Assembly (NCBI GenBank): GCA_029907165.1
Contig: JARYMK010000001.1
Span: 6,661 to 70,660 of the forward strand
Reading direction: 5' to 3'
DNA: 64,000 nt
From: Anaerolineae bacterium
GTDB taxonomy: Bacteria; Chloroflexota; Anaerolineae; DTLA01
Each line of letters opens with the position of its first letter. Positions within the stretch are counted from its first letter, which is position 1. Below, piece after piece: positions 43,207 through 52,292 of this stretch. Made by a program: the position numbers and the translations under genes. Under the pieces are notes generated by a model. The model was not told the origin of the DNA and did no database searches. It worked only from the letters and a program-made list of their open reading frames with translations.

Positions 43207-44859
43207 ATGGCGAAACTCAACTGGCAAACCAAGTGGACCTTGCGTTTCGCGGTTGTTGGCCTGCTGTTCCTGGCGCTGTCGGGGTTTGAGGGCATCCTCA
43301 TGCGCATCCAGTTGGCCGCGCCCGACGCGCTGCACGGGATGGAGCAGGCGCTGATGGCGCTGCGCCCCGTCGGGCGCGAGGTTACGTCCGCCGAACTGTA
43401 CTACGCCATGCTGACGGCGCACCCCATCGTGGGCATCTACGGCTTCGCCTACATGCTGGTCTTCGGCGCGTTCTACTTCCTGGTGCCCCACCTGCTGGGC
43501 AAGGAGGTCCGCCACAAGAAACTGCTGGTGTTCAACTTCTGGGCGCAGATCGTTGGGGTGCTCACCTGCTGGGCGGCGGGCTTCTTCGGGCTGTTCAACT
43601 CGCTGTATACGCTCTACTGGCCGCTGCCCGTGTCCTACGACCGCGTGCCGCTCATCGGCAGCATCGCCTTCACCGTGGGCGCGGCCATCATCATGGTCAA
43701 CATCCTGCTGTTCTCGTACAACACCTTCAGCACCGTGCTCAGCAAGAGCAACCCAGGGTCGTACAGTTTCGGCGCGTTCCTGCGGGCGGCTTTCGGCATC
43801 TCGCGCCTGATGAAGCGCCTCGGCAAGGAGGATAAGGCCGCACCCAACCTGGACTACAACGGCCTGCCCGTGTTCATCGTGGCGGTGGCGCGCGGCTCCA
43901 TTGACACTGTCATCAACGCCATCGTGCTCCTGACGGCGGGTGCGCTGATCCTCGTCTATGGCATCGCGGCGCTCCTCAAGTCGCCGCTGAACCCCGCCGC
44001 CGTTGACCCGCTCATCTACAAAAACTGGTTCTGGTGGGGGCTGGACATGGTGGCTGACGGCAACGTGTTGATGTACACGGCGGGCGTGTGGTATCTGCTG
44101 GTGCCGCTCCTAGTGGGCCGCAAACTGTTCGGCGAGAACGTGGTCAAGACGGTCATCATGGTAGACCTGCTGGTGTCGCTGGGCGTGTGGAGCCACCACC
44201 TGCTGGGTGACCAGAGTCAGCCGCTGTGGATGCGGCTGATTTCCGGGCAGTTTATCACCTGGGGCGAGTTCTTCACCATGGGCCTGACGCTGTTCGCCAC
44301 GCTGATGACCATCTGGCTGGCGCGTCCGGTCAAGTTCTCGCCGGCGCTCAAATTCGTGCTGGGCTCCATGTTCGGGTTTATCATGGGCGGCGCGGCGGGC
44401 CTCATCCAGGCCAACGTAGGGCTGAACGTGGTATTCCACAACACCCAGTGGGTCGTGTCGCTTCACGCGCACACATTCCTGCTGACCGGCCTGGCGATGC
44501 TCCTGTTCGCCGTCGTGTACGCCCTGATTCCTATGCTGACGAACCTGCAGATCAAGAGCAACCGCCTGGTGAATGCCCACTTCTGGCTGTGGATGATCGG
44601 CTCGGTGGGGATGGCCTACGTAATGGGCATGGCGGGCGCGCGCGGAATGCTTCGCCGCACGTTGTACCCGGAAGGCAACCCCTACCAGACCAACGAGACG
44701 CTGGCTATCGTCGGCGGCGTTCTGATCGGCCTGGGCTTCCTTGCGTTCCTGGTCAACATCATCGCCACGCTGGGCTGGAAGAACGTCCTCAGCCTGGTCG
44801 TGCCAGAGCGATGGCTGGAGCGGCAGCCTTCGGCGGCGCTGGCGGAAGCGCAGCCGTAG
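43207..44859 (+). CDS. Heme-copper oxidase superfamily subunit I-like protein with an incomplete CuB site.
   Basis: It has 12+ TM helices. The helix II His (LTAHPIVG), the helix VII HH (GVWSHHLLG) and the helix X HNTQWVVSLHAH (H-x8-H-x-H, as in HDTYYVVAHFH) are conserved. The helix VI segment DPLIYKNWFWWGLDMVA aligns with DPVLYQHLFWFFGHPEVY, with the CuB His and the cross-linked Tyr replaced by Leu and Ala. Confidence 0.7.
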   Translation: MAKLNWQTKWTLRFAVVGLLFLALSGFEGILMRIQLAAPDALHGMEQALMALRPVGREVTSAELYYAMLTAHPIVGIYGFAYMLVFGAFYFLVPHLLGKEVRHKKLLVFNFWAQIVGVLTCWAAGFFGLFNSLYTLYWPLPVSYDRVPLIGSIAFTVGAAIIMVNILLFSYNTFSTVLSKSNPGSYSFGAFLRAAFGISRLMKRLGKEDKAAPNLDYNGLPVFIVAVARGSIDTVINAIVLLTAGALILVYGIAALLKSPLNPAAVDPLIYKNWFWWGLDMVADGNVLMYTAGVWYLLVPLLVGRKLFGENVVKTVIMVDLLVSLGVWSHHLLGDQSQPLWMRLISGQFITWGEFFTMGLTLFATLMTIWLARPVKFSPALKFVLGSMFGFIMGGAAGLIQANVGLNVVFHNTQWVVSLHAHTFLLTGLAMLLFAVVYALIPMLTNLQIKSNRLVNAHFWLWMIGSVGMAYVMGMAGARGMLRRTLYPEGNPYQTNETLAIVGGVLIGLGFLAFLVNIIATLGWKNVLSLVVPERWLERQPSAALAEAQP

Positions 44860-45037
44860 CCGCGGGTAGACGCGAACCTGCGCGAGTAGAAGCGCCCGTG
44901 CGACACACCTTCGGGAGTGCGTCGCACGCTGCTTTCGGCGACCAAAGTCACAGACAACACCTTCCAGATGCCCTATACTGAATGTGCAAGAAACTTGACA
45001 ATCGGGCCTGCGCCCGATGCACATAGGAGGCCGGACG

Positions 45038-45592
45038 ATGAAACCAACCGAAGTCCTCAAAGAGGAACACCAGGGCATCAAGACCGGGTTGCGCATCCTG
45101 GGCGGCATCGCCGACCGCCTCAAGGCGGGCCAGCCCGTCCCACCGGAGCACCTGGAGGAGATGGTGGACTTCATCCGCACCTTTGCCGACCGGTGCCACC
45201 ATGGCAAGGAGGAAGACCTGCTGTTCGTGGAGATGGAAAAGGCGGGCGTTCCCAAGCAGGGCGGCCCCATCGCGGTCATGCTCTTGGAGCACGACCAGGG
45301 GCGCGGATACGTGCGGGCCATGGCCGACGCAATCCCCGGGTACAAGGCCGGGGACCCCGCGGCCGCGCAGAAGTTTGCCCAGAACTCCTACAACTATATT
45401 GGCCTGCTCACCCAGCACATTGACAAAGAGGACAATATCCTCTACGTCATCGCCGACATGCACCTTTCGGACGAGCAGCAGGCGTGCCTGCTAGACGGGT
45501 TTGACCGCGTAGAAACCGAGCGCATCGGCCCGGGCAAGCACGAGGAGTACCACCGGATGTTGGAGCGCCTGAGCGGCGTGTATCTGGAATAG
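45038..45592 (+). CDS. Hemerythrin-like (HHE cation-binding) domain protein.
   Basis: The RBS AGGAGG precedes the start. MKPTEVLKEEHQGIK…FADRCHHGKEEDLLF…LLEHDQGRGY…HIDKEDNILY is the H-HxxxE-H…HxxxD pattern of hemerythrin-like domains. Confidence 0.75.
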   Translation: MKPTEVLKEEHQGIKTGLRILGGIADRLKAGQPVPPEHLEEMVDFIRTFADRCHHGKEEDLLFVEMEKAGVPKQGGPIAVMLLEHDQGRGYVRAMADAIPGYKAGDPAAAQKFAQNSYNYIGLLTQHIDKEDNILYVIADMHLSDEQQACLLDGFDRVETERIGPGKHEEYHRMLERLSGVYLE

Positions 45593-45635
45593 GGAGCAGA
45601 TGGCACATCGGGGGCCGGGGTGACATGCCGATGTC

Positions 45636-46454
45636 TCAGGACTGCTTTGCTCTGCTGCGAGCCCACAGATACAGCGACACCACCAACGCCCACACCAGAA
45701 TAGAGATGAGCATGCCCCACTCTAAAATCGCCATGGGCCAAACCATCGGGCGGGTTTCCATAAGGCGGCGAGTTGTTTCCTCTATGGTCATGGTCCCCGA
45801 CCCTGTGGGGTGCGGGTAAAATACGAATGCCACAAAGAAAGCGGTCGCCAACAGGCCAGGCGCGAGCATCCATCTGGGAAGCCTGCGCTGCCGTGAGAGG
45901 GCAATGTACAGCGAGAAGAGCAGCGTGGCAACCAGCCCCATGTTGAAGAACGTCATGGCCACCCTGGCGTGAGGAGCCAGGTTGTTCATGGGAAAGATGC
46001 CCACGAGCGCGCCCGAAACGCCCGTGATCAGGCCGATGGCGCCGAAGAGAGCGCTGAACCAGCCTGCCTTCATGTAGACTGCCAGCCCGAGCAGAAACAC
46101 CGTTAGGCACAGCCCTCCGGCGAACAGAGCCCCGTTGAACAGCCACGCCAGTTCCGACACGCCTACCTCGCCCAGTTCCGAGATGAAGTGATTGAGCAGG
46201 CTGTACGGTTCTCCCCTGCGGCCCGAATAGGCCAACGCCGTGATGAGCGAGGCGAGCGCCAGCACCACGGTTCCGGCAATACCTGCCAGGGCTGTAACCG
46301 CCGTACATCGGGGCGGCCGCAGGCAGGTACACACCATATGCCAAGCCCTTGGCCCCGAAGAATGCATCTTCTCAAGCGGCGGTTTGAGCATGGAGTTCAT
46401 CTCTTGGTCGCATGTGTACAGGCTAAGAGTACCACACAGGACGTCGCTAGGCAA
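45636..46454 (-). CDS. DUF998-family integral membrane protein (start codon uncertain).
   Basis: There are six predicted TM segments. LLNHFISELGEVGVSELAWLFN matches the conserved HFISE-type motif of DUF998. The true start is probably internal (MHSSG… or MVCTC…). Confidence 0.5.
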   Translation of the reverse strand: MPSDVLCGTLSLYTCDQEMNSMLKPPLEKMHSSGPRAWHMVCTCLRPPRCTAVTALAGIAGTVVLALASLITALAYSGRRGEPYSLLNHFISELGEVGVSELAWLFNGALFAGGLCLTVFLLGLAVYMKAGWFSALFGAIGLITGVSGALVGIFPMNNLAPHARVAMTFFNMGLVATLLFSLYIALSRQRRLPRWMLAPGLLATAFFVAFVFYPHPTGSGTMTIEETTRRLMETRPMVWPMAILEWGMLISILVWALVVSLYLWARSRAKQS

Positions 46455-46470
46455 ACCGACCGCGTTCCAC

Positions 46471-46499
46471 TTGTTTCATTCCACGCATCGTGATATAAT
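46471..46499 (+). promoter_or_regulatory. Promoter TTGTTT-17-TATAAT, ~170 nt upstream of the acyl-CoA dehydrogenase/etf operon.
   Basis: An exact -10 sits with 17-nt spacing from a -35-like hexamer. A long GC-rich leader follows. Confidence 0.5.
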
Positions 46500-46670
46500 G
46501 TGCCCAACAACAGGTCGGAGCCCATGGAGGTCTCGGACGTGCGAAGGCGCAATCCCACACGGGCGAAGCACTCGCGGCGGCAGGGGGGCTGACCCACCGC
46601 ATCCGCCGCTGACGGCTTCGCCTTCGTTTTCCTCCATGGCCGGGCTGAAGACAACAAGAGGAGGGACGCT

Positions 46671-47891
46671 ATGGACTTTACTCTGTCGGAAGAGCACCTC
46701 ATGGTGCAGAAGATGGTGCGCGAGTTCGCCGAGCGCGAGATTGCCCCCACCGTCAAGGAAAACGACCGCAAGCACACCTTTGACCGCAGTATCCTGCCCA
46801 AGATGGCCGCCCAGGGCATCCTCGGCATCTGCATCCCTGTCCGCTACGGGGGCGCGGGCATGGACTACATCTCGTTGGGCCTCACCTGCGAGGAACTGGA
46901 GCGGGTGGACACCTCGGCGCGGGTCATCATGTCGGTTCACGTGGGTCTGAATAGCCTGGGGCTGCTCCAGTGGGGCACGGAGGAGCAGAAGCAGAAGTAT
47001 CTCGTTCCCCAGGCGATGGGCCAGAAGATCGCCACCTACGGCCTCACGGAGCCGGCGGCGGGTTCCGACGTGCTTGGCATCCAGTCCACCGCCCGCCGCG
47101 AGGGCGACCACTGGATTCTGAATGGCGAGAAGATGTGGATTTCGCTGGCGGACGTGGCCGATCACTTCCTCATCTTTGCCTGGACCGACATGGAGAAGAA
47201 GCGGGTGCGGGATCATACGGGCATGTCCGCGTTCATCGTGGAGCGCGGCTGGCCGGGCCTGGAGACGGGCACCATCCACGGCAAACTGGGCGTGCGCGCT
47301 GGCAACACCGGCTTCATCTCTATGACCGACGTGCCCGTGCCCGCCGAGAACATGCTGGGCCTGGAGGGTGAGGGGTTCCGAATCGCCATGTCGTGCCTGG
47401 ACAACGGGCGGTACACGGTGGCTGCCGGCGCGACGGGCCTCATCCGCGCCTGCCTAGAGGCTTCGGTCAAGTACGCCAACGAGCGCCAGACCTTCGGCGT
47501 CCCCATCGGCCAGCACCAACTGGTACAGCAGATGATCGCCAACATGGTGCTGAAGTATGAGACGGCGCGGCTGCTCTACCTGCGGGCCGGTTGGCTCAAG
47601 AACCAGGGCATTCGCAACACCCGCGAGACCGGCCTGGCCAAGTGGTTCGCCACCCAGTCGTCCTTTGAATCCGCCGACGATGCGGTGGAAATCCACGGGG
47701 CCTATGGCTACTCCGACGAGTACGATGTGGAACGCTACCTGCGTAACTCCAAGGGCGCGGTCATCTACGAAGGCTCTAAGGAGATTCAGCAACTCATGCA
47801 GGCGCAGTACGCGCTGGGCTATCGCACCGACAAGCCGCTGCGCTGCGAACTGCCCGCCTACGATCCCGAGGAGTGGCAGCGGGAAGCGTAA
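46671..47891 (+). CDS. Acyl-CoA dehydrogenase (short/medium-chain, butyryl-CoA dehydrogenase-like).
   Basis: The ACAD N-terminal, middle and C-terminal domain motifs are present (…[12 protein letters not shown]…; the catalytic-base region [10 protein letters not shown]…). The RBS GAGGAGGG precedes the start. Confidence 0.85.
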   Translation: MDFTLSEEHLMVQKMVREFAEREIAPTVKENDRKHTFDRSILPKMAAQGILGICIPVRYGGAGMDYISLGLTCEELERVDTSARVIMSVHVGLNSLGLLQWGTEEQKQKYLVPQAMGQKIATYGLTEPAAGSDVLGIQSTARREGDHWILNGEKMWISLADVADHFLIFAWTDMEKKRVRDHTGMSAFIVERGWPGLETGTIHGKLGVRAGNTGFISMTDVPVPAENMLGLEGEGFRIAMSCLDNGRYTVAAGATGLIRACLEASVKYANERQTFGVPIGQHQLVQQMIANMVLKYETARLLYLRAGWLKNQGIRNTRETGLAKWFATQSSFESADDAVEIHGAYGYSDEYDVERYLRNSKGAVIYEGSKEIQQLMQAQYALGYRTDKPLRCELPAYDPEEWQREA

Positions 47892-48001
47892 GCAGCGGTA
47901 AGCCATCAGCCGACAGCCTTCAGCCCCATCGGTGTGTCCGCTAACGGCTGACTGCTGATCTCTGGTGGCGCTTCTTGATTCTCAGCAGAAGGAGGGAGAG
48001 C

Positions 48002-48802
48002 GTGCACGCCATTGTCTGCATCAAACAGGTGCCCGACACCACGGATGTCAAGGTGAACCCGGAGACGGGGACGCTCATCCGCGAAGGCGTCCCCAGCATC
48101 GTGAACCCCTTTGACACCTACGCCATTGAGGAGGCCCTGCGCCTGCGCGAGAAGTTCGGCGGCAAGGTAACGGTCATTTCCATGGGCCCGCCCCAGGCGA
48201 AGGAGGCGCTGAAGGAGGCCATCGCCATGGGCGCAGACGAGGCCATTCTCCTCAGCGACCGTGCCTTCGCCGGATCGGATACGTGGGCCACCGCCTACAC
48301 GCTGGCCAACGCCATCCGCAAAATCGGCGACTTTGACATCATCCTGTGCGGCAAGCAGGCTATTGACGGGGACACGGGCCAGGTAGGCCCCGGCATCGCC
48401 CGGCAACTGGACATTGAGCAACTGACGTATGTCTTCAAGATTCAGGAGATTGACTTCCAGGCCAAGCGCGTCCGGGTGGAGCGGCTGCTGGAGGAAGGGC
48501 GCGAGGTGGTGGAAACGCGCCTGCCCGCCCTGTTGACGGTGGTCAAGGACATCAACCAGCCGCGCTATCCCACCATCATGGGCATTCGGCGGGCGACCCG
48601 CACGGAGATACCGGTCTGGACGGCGGTGGATTTGCCCGACGCCAAGCCGGACCTGCTGGGGCTGAAAGGTTCGCCGACGCAGGTGGTGCGCGTCTTCAAC
48701 CCACCGCCCCGCAGCGGGCAGATCGTGATGATTGAGGGCGAGTCGCCCCAGGAGCAGGCCGCAAAACTGGCCGACCTGTTGCTCAAAGAGAAAGTGATAT
48801 AG
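48002..48802 (+). CDS. etfB: Electron transfer flavoprotein beta subunit.
   Basis: GTG start after the RBS AAGGAGGG. MHAIVCIKQVPDTTDVKVNPETGTL…NPFDTYAIEEALRL is the EtfB signature. Confidence 0.85.
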   Translation: MHAIVCIKQVPDTTDVKVNPETGTLIREGVPSIVNPFDTYAIEEALRLREKFGGKVTVISMGPPQAKEALKEAIAMGADEAILLSDRAFAGSDTWATAYTLANAIRKIGDFDIILCGKQAIDGDTGQVGPGIARQLDIEQLTYVFKIQEIDFQAKRVRVERLLEEGREVVETRLPALLTVVKDINQPRYPTIMGIRRATRTEIPVWTAVDLPDAKPDLLGLKGSPTQVVRVFNPPPRSGQIVMIEGESPQEQAAKLADLLLKEKVI

Positions 48803-48811
48803 GAGGCTGCC

Positions 48812-50005
48812 ATGGCGCTCTTGATCATTGACACCGAAGCGTGCATCGGCTGCGCGGCCTGCGTGGCGGCCTGTCCCTTCGGCGCGCTGCGCATGGAGAA
48901 CGACAAGGCGGTGGTGGACGATAAATGCACCGACTGTGGCGCGTGCCTGGAAGTCTGCCCTGTGGAAGCGTTGAGCCTGCCCGAGCGCGGCAAAGGCGCA
49001 GAGGACATCTCCGCGTACCAGGGCGTGTGGGTCTGGGTGGAGCAGTTCCGCGGCGAGGCGTGCGGCATCTCGTGGGAGATGATGGGCCAGGGCCGGCGCA
49101 TCGCCGATACCCTGGGCACGACCCTCACCGCGTGTGTCCTGGGCCACAAGGTGGAGGGCATCGCGCAACAGGCCATCTACTACGGCGCGGACCGCGTGTT
49201 CCTGGTGGACGACCCGTCGCTGGGCGTGTACCGCACCGCGCCATATGCCAAACAACTGACGCACCTGGTGCGGCAGTACAAGCCAGAGATTTTCCTGTTG
49301 GGGGCCAGCGCCCGGGGCCGAGATTTGGCTGGCGCCGTCGCCACCGAAGTCCACACCGGCCTCACCGCCGACTGCACGGGTCTGGACATTGACCCCGAGA
49401 CGAAACTCCTGCGCCAGACCCGCCCGGCCTTCGGCGGCAACATCATGGCGACCATCATCTGCCCCAACTACCGCCCGCAAATGGCGACGGTACGCCACCG
49501 CGTGTTTGAGATGCCGGAGCCGGATTCCAGCCGGCAGGGCCAGATTGTGAGAGTCCCGCCGGTGATGACCGAGGATCAAATCGCCGCCAAGGTGGTGGAC
49601 TTCATCGTGGAGGAAGGCGAGGTGAACCTGGCCGACGCCAAGATTATCGTGTCGGGCGGGCGGGGCGTGCGCGGGCCGGAGGGGTTCAAGCCGCTGCGTG
49701 AATTGGCCGAGGTGCTCGGCGGGGCGGTCGGCTCGTCGCGCGCTGCGGTGGACGCTGGCTGGATTCCCTACGCCCACCAGGTTGGCCAAACCGGCCGCAC
49801 GGTTCGGCCCGACCTGTACATCGCGTGCGGGATTTCTGGCGCGATCCAGCACCTGGCGGGGATGGGCACATCCAAGGTCATCGTCGCCATCAACAAGGAC
49901 CCGGAAGCGCCCATCTTCAAGGTCGCCAACTACGGCATCGTGGGCGACCTGTTCCAGGTTGTGCCGGCGCTCACGGAGGAACTCCGCAAGCGCCTGCGGA
50001 AGTAG
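48812..50005 (+). CDS. etfA: Electron transfer flavoprotein alpha subunit with an N-terminal 2x[4Fe-4S] ferredoxin domain.
   Basis: The N-terminus [12 protein letters not shown]…[12 protein letters not shown] is a bacterial ferredoxin. It is followed by the EtfA FAD-binding C-terminus (…[10 protein letters not shown]…). Confidence 0.85.
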   Translation: MALLIIDTEACIGCAACVAACPFGALRMENDKAVVDDKCTDCGACLEVCPVEALSLPERGKGAEDISAYQGVWVWVEQFRGEACGISWEMMGQGRRIADTLGTTLTACVLGHKVEGIAQQAIYYGADRVFLVDDPSLGVYRTAPYAKQLTHLVRQYKPEIFLLGASARGRDLAGAVATEVHTGLTADCTGLDIDPETKLLRQTRPAFGGNIMATIICPNYRPQMATVRHRVFEMPEPDSSRQGQIVRVPPVMTEDQIAAKVVDFIVEEGEVNLADAKIIVSGGRGVRGPEGFKPLRELAEVLGGAVGSSRAAVDAGWIPYAHQVGQTGRTVRPDLYIACGISGAIQHLAGMGTSKVIVAINKDPEAPIFKVANYGIVGDLFQVVPALTEELRKRLRK

Positions 50006-50095
50006 GGAATTCACCGCAGAGGCGCGGAGGACGCAGAGGAACTAGAGAATTCCTCGCTCTGCGCTCTCTGCGTCTCCGCGGTGCAGGACGGGAAC

Positions 50096-51517
50096 ATGCC
50101 TGAAATCGCTATCAACCGAGACTGGTGCAAGGGGTGCTACATCTGCGTCAACGTGTGCCCCCGCCACGTGCTTGAGATTGACCAGGAATCGTTTGACCAC
50201 GGGTTCCATCCCGTGGTGGCCGCGCGTCCCGACGATTGCACCGTGTGCCGCCAGTGCGAACTCCTGTGCCCCGATTTGGCCATCTCCGTATCTGGTGAGG
50301 AGGCGGCAGGCGCGCCCGCAGGTGAAGCGCACGTAGAGCCGCTGGCCCCGGCGCCGCGCCCGCTGCCCCAGGGCTGGGCCACAGCCCCGTCGCCCCTGCC
50401 CGCGGGCCGGTACTTCCTGCAGGGCGATGAGGCCTGCGCCGAAGGGGCCATCGCCGCGGGGTGCAACTACTACGCGGGCTATCCCATCACCCCCGCCAGC
50501 GAAATCATGGAGCGCATCTGTGCGCGGTTTGCGGTGCTCCTCGGCAAGCGTGTCTTCGTCCAGATGGAGGATGAAATCGCGTCCATTGCGTCGTGCGTGG
50601 GCGCGGCATGGGCGGGCGCGAAGGCCATGACCGCCACCAGCGGCCCAGGCATCAGCCTCATGCTGGAGAACCTGGGCTACGCCATCATCACCGAGACGCC
50701 GGTGGTCATCGTGGACGTGCAGCGCGCCGGCCCCAGCACCGGGCAGGCCACCCGCCCTGGCCAGGGCGACTTCATGCAGGTCCGCTGGGGCGCGCACGGT
50801 GACTACGAACTCATCGCCCTGTCGCCGTGGTCCGTCGCCGAGATGTACACGGAAACCATCCGCGCCTTCAACCTGGCCGAGCGATTCCGCGTGCCGGTCA
50901 TCCTGCTGGCCGACGAGGGTGTGGGACACCTGCGCGAGAACCTGACCATCCCGCCAGAGGTGCGCATCTTCAACCGCATCGGCCCGTCGGACCGCGAGCC
51001 GCCCTTTGGGGGCAGGCCCGTCCCGCCCATGCCGGTCTTCGGCGAGGGGCACCGCGTGCTCGTTACCGGCTCCACCCACGACGAGTGGGGCTACCGCCGC
51101 ACGTCCAGCGCCAGGGTCCAGGCCGAACTCACCGCGCGCCTGTGTACGAAGATCACGGACAGCATGGACGAGATTGTGGAGAGCGAGACCTACCTCTGCG
51201 ACGACGACCGCCTGGACCTACTGCTGGTGAGTTTTGGGTTCACGGCGCGGTCGGCGCTTGGCGCGGCCCGCATGGCCCGCGAGGCCGGCTACCGGGTCGG
51301 GCTGTTCCGCCCGCGCACCGTGTGGCCGTTCCCCGCCGAGGCGCTGCGCGCCGTAGCCGCCAAGAGCGCCCGCGTCCTGGTGGCCGAGATGAACCGCGGG
51401 CAAATGCTCCGCGAAGTCCAGCGGGTTGTGCCGAACGCGCGCGGATTCGGCAAGACCGACGGCGAGGTTATCGCCCCCGACGAAATCTGGGACGCCGCGA
51501 AGGAGTACCTGCGATGA
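50096..51517 (+). CDS. korA: 2-oxoacid:ferredoxin oxidoreductase alpha subunit with an N-terminal fused ferredoxin (delta) domain.
   Basis: The N-terminus CKGCYICVNVCP…CTVCRQCELLCP is a 2x[4Fe-4S] domain. It is followed by the KorA/PorA-like domain (…GYPITPASEIME…). Confidence 0.8.
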   Translation: MPEIAINRDWCKGCYICVNVCPRHVLEIDQESFDHGFHPVVAARPDDCTVCRQCELLCPDLAISVSGEEAAGAPAGEAHVEPLAPAPRPLPQGWATAPSPLPAGRYFLQGDEACAEGAIAAGCNYYAGYPITPASEIMERICARFAVLLGKRVFVQMEDEIASIASCVGAAWAGAKAMTATSGPGISLMLENLGYAIITETPVVIVDVQRAGPSTGQATRPGQGDFMQVRWGAHGDYELIALSPWSVAEMYTETIRAFNLAERFRVPVILLADEGVGHLRENLTIPPEVRIFNRIGPSDREPPFGGRPVPPMPVFGEGHRVLVTGSTHDEWGYRRTSSARVQAELTARLCTKITDSMDEIVESETYLCDDDRLDLLLVSFGFTARSALGAARMAREAGYRVGLFRPRTVWPFPAEALRAVAAKSARVLVAEMNRGQMLREVQRVVPNARGFGKTDGEVIAPDEIWDAAKEYLR

Positions 51518-52287
51518 CCGCGAACACGGCGACAACCGCCTCCATCCAGAAGTGCATACGCCCGGAGGTCTTCCCCTCCACGATGTGCCCCGGCTGCGGC
51601 CATGGGATTCTCATGGGCGCCATCCTGCGAGCGGTCGACGAACTGGGCCTGGACATGCGCCGCATGTTGTTCGTGTCGGGCATCGGGTGCGCGGGGTGGA
51701 TTCCCAGTCCCCACTTCGCCGCCGACACGCTCCACACGACCCACGGGCGACCGGTGGCCTTCGCCACCGGTGCCGCGCTGTTCAACCCCGGCCTGAACGT
51801 GGTTGTCATCGGCGGCGACGGCGACATCGCGGCCATCGGCGGGAACCACCTGATTCACGCCGCCCGCCGCGACCTGGACATGACGGTCATCTGCGCCAAC
51901 AACCAAATCTACGGCATGACGGGCGGGCAGGTAACGCCCACCACCGACATCGGCACCATCACCGCCACCACGCCGCAGGGCAACGAAGAGCCGCCCTTTG
52001 ACCTGTGCAAACTGGTGGAGGGGGCGGGGGCGTCTTTTGTGGCGCGGTATTCGGTATATCACATCCGCCCGCTCATCCGCACGCTAAAGGAGGCGTTCCA
52101 GCATAGGGGGTTCGCCTTCGTGGAAGTCCTCAGCCCGTGCCCGACCCAATGGGGCCGCCGCAACCAGTTTGCCGACCCTGTGGCTCTCTTGGAGCGGTAC
52201 AAGACTCTCTGCGTGCCCAAAGACCGCGCCGAGAAGATAAGCGCGGAGGAGTTGGCGGGGAAGGTTGTGGTGGGGCGGTTTCGCTAG
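51514..52287 (+). CDS. korB: 2-oxoacid:ferredoxin oxidoreductase beta subunit (TPP-binding).
   Basis: The ATGA overlap with korA indicates coupling. CPGCGHGIL…GIGCAGW…GGDGD is the TPP/Fe-S motif of KorB/PorB. Confidence 0.8.
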   Translation: MTANTATTASIQKCIRPEVFPSTMCPGCGHGILMGAILRAVDELGLDMRRMLFVSGIGCAGWIPSPHFAADTLHTTHGRPVAFATGAALFNPGLNVVVIGGDGDIAAIGGNHLIHAARRDLDMTVICANNQIYGMTGGQVTPTTDIGTITATTPQGNEEPPFDLCKLVEGAGASFVARYSVYHIRPLIRTLKEAFQHRGFAFVEVLSPCPTQWGRRNQFADPVALLERYKTLCVPKDRAEKISAEELAGKVVVGRFR

Positions 52288-52292
52288 TAGGC

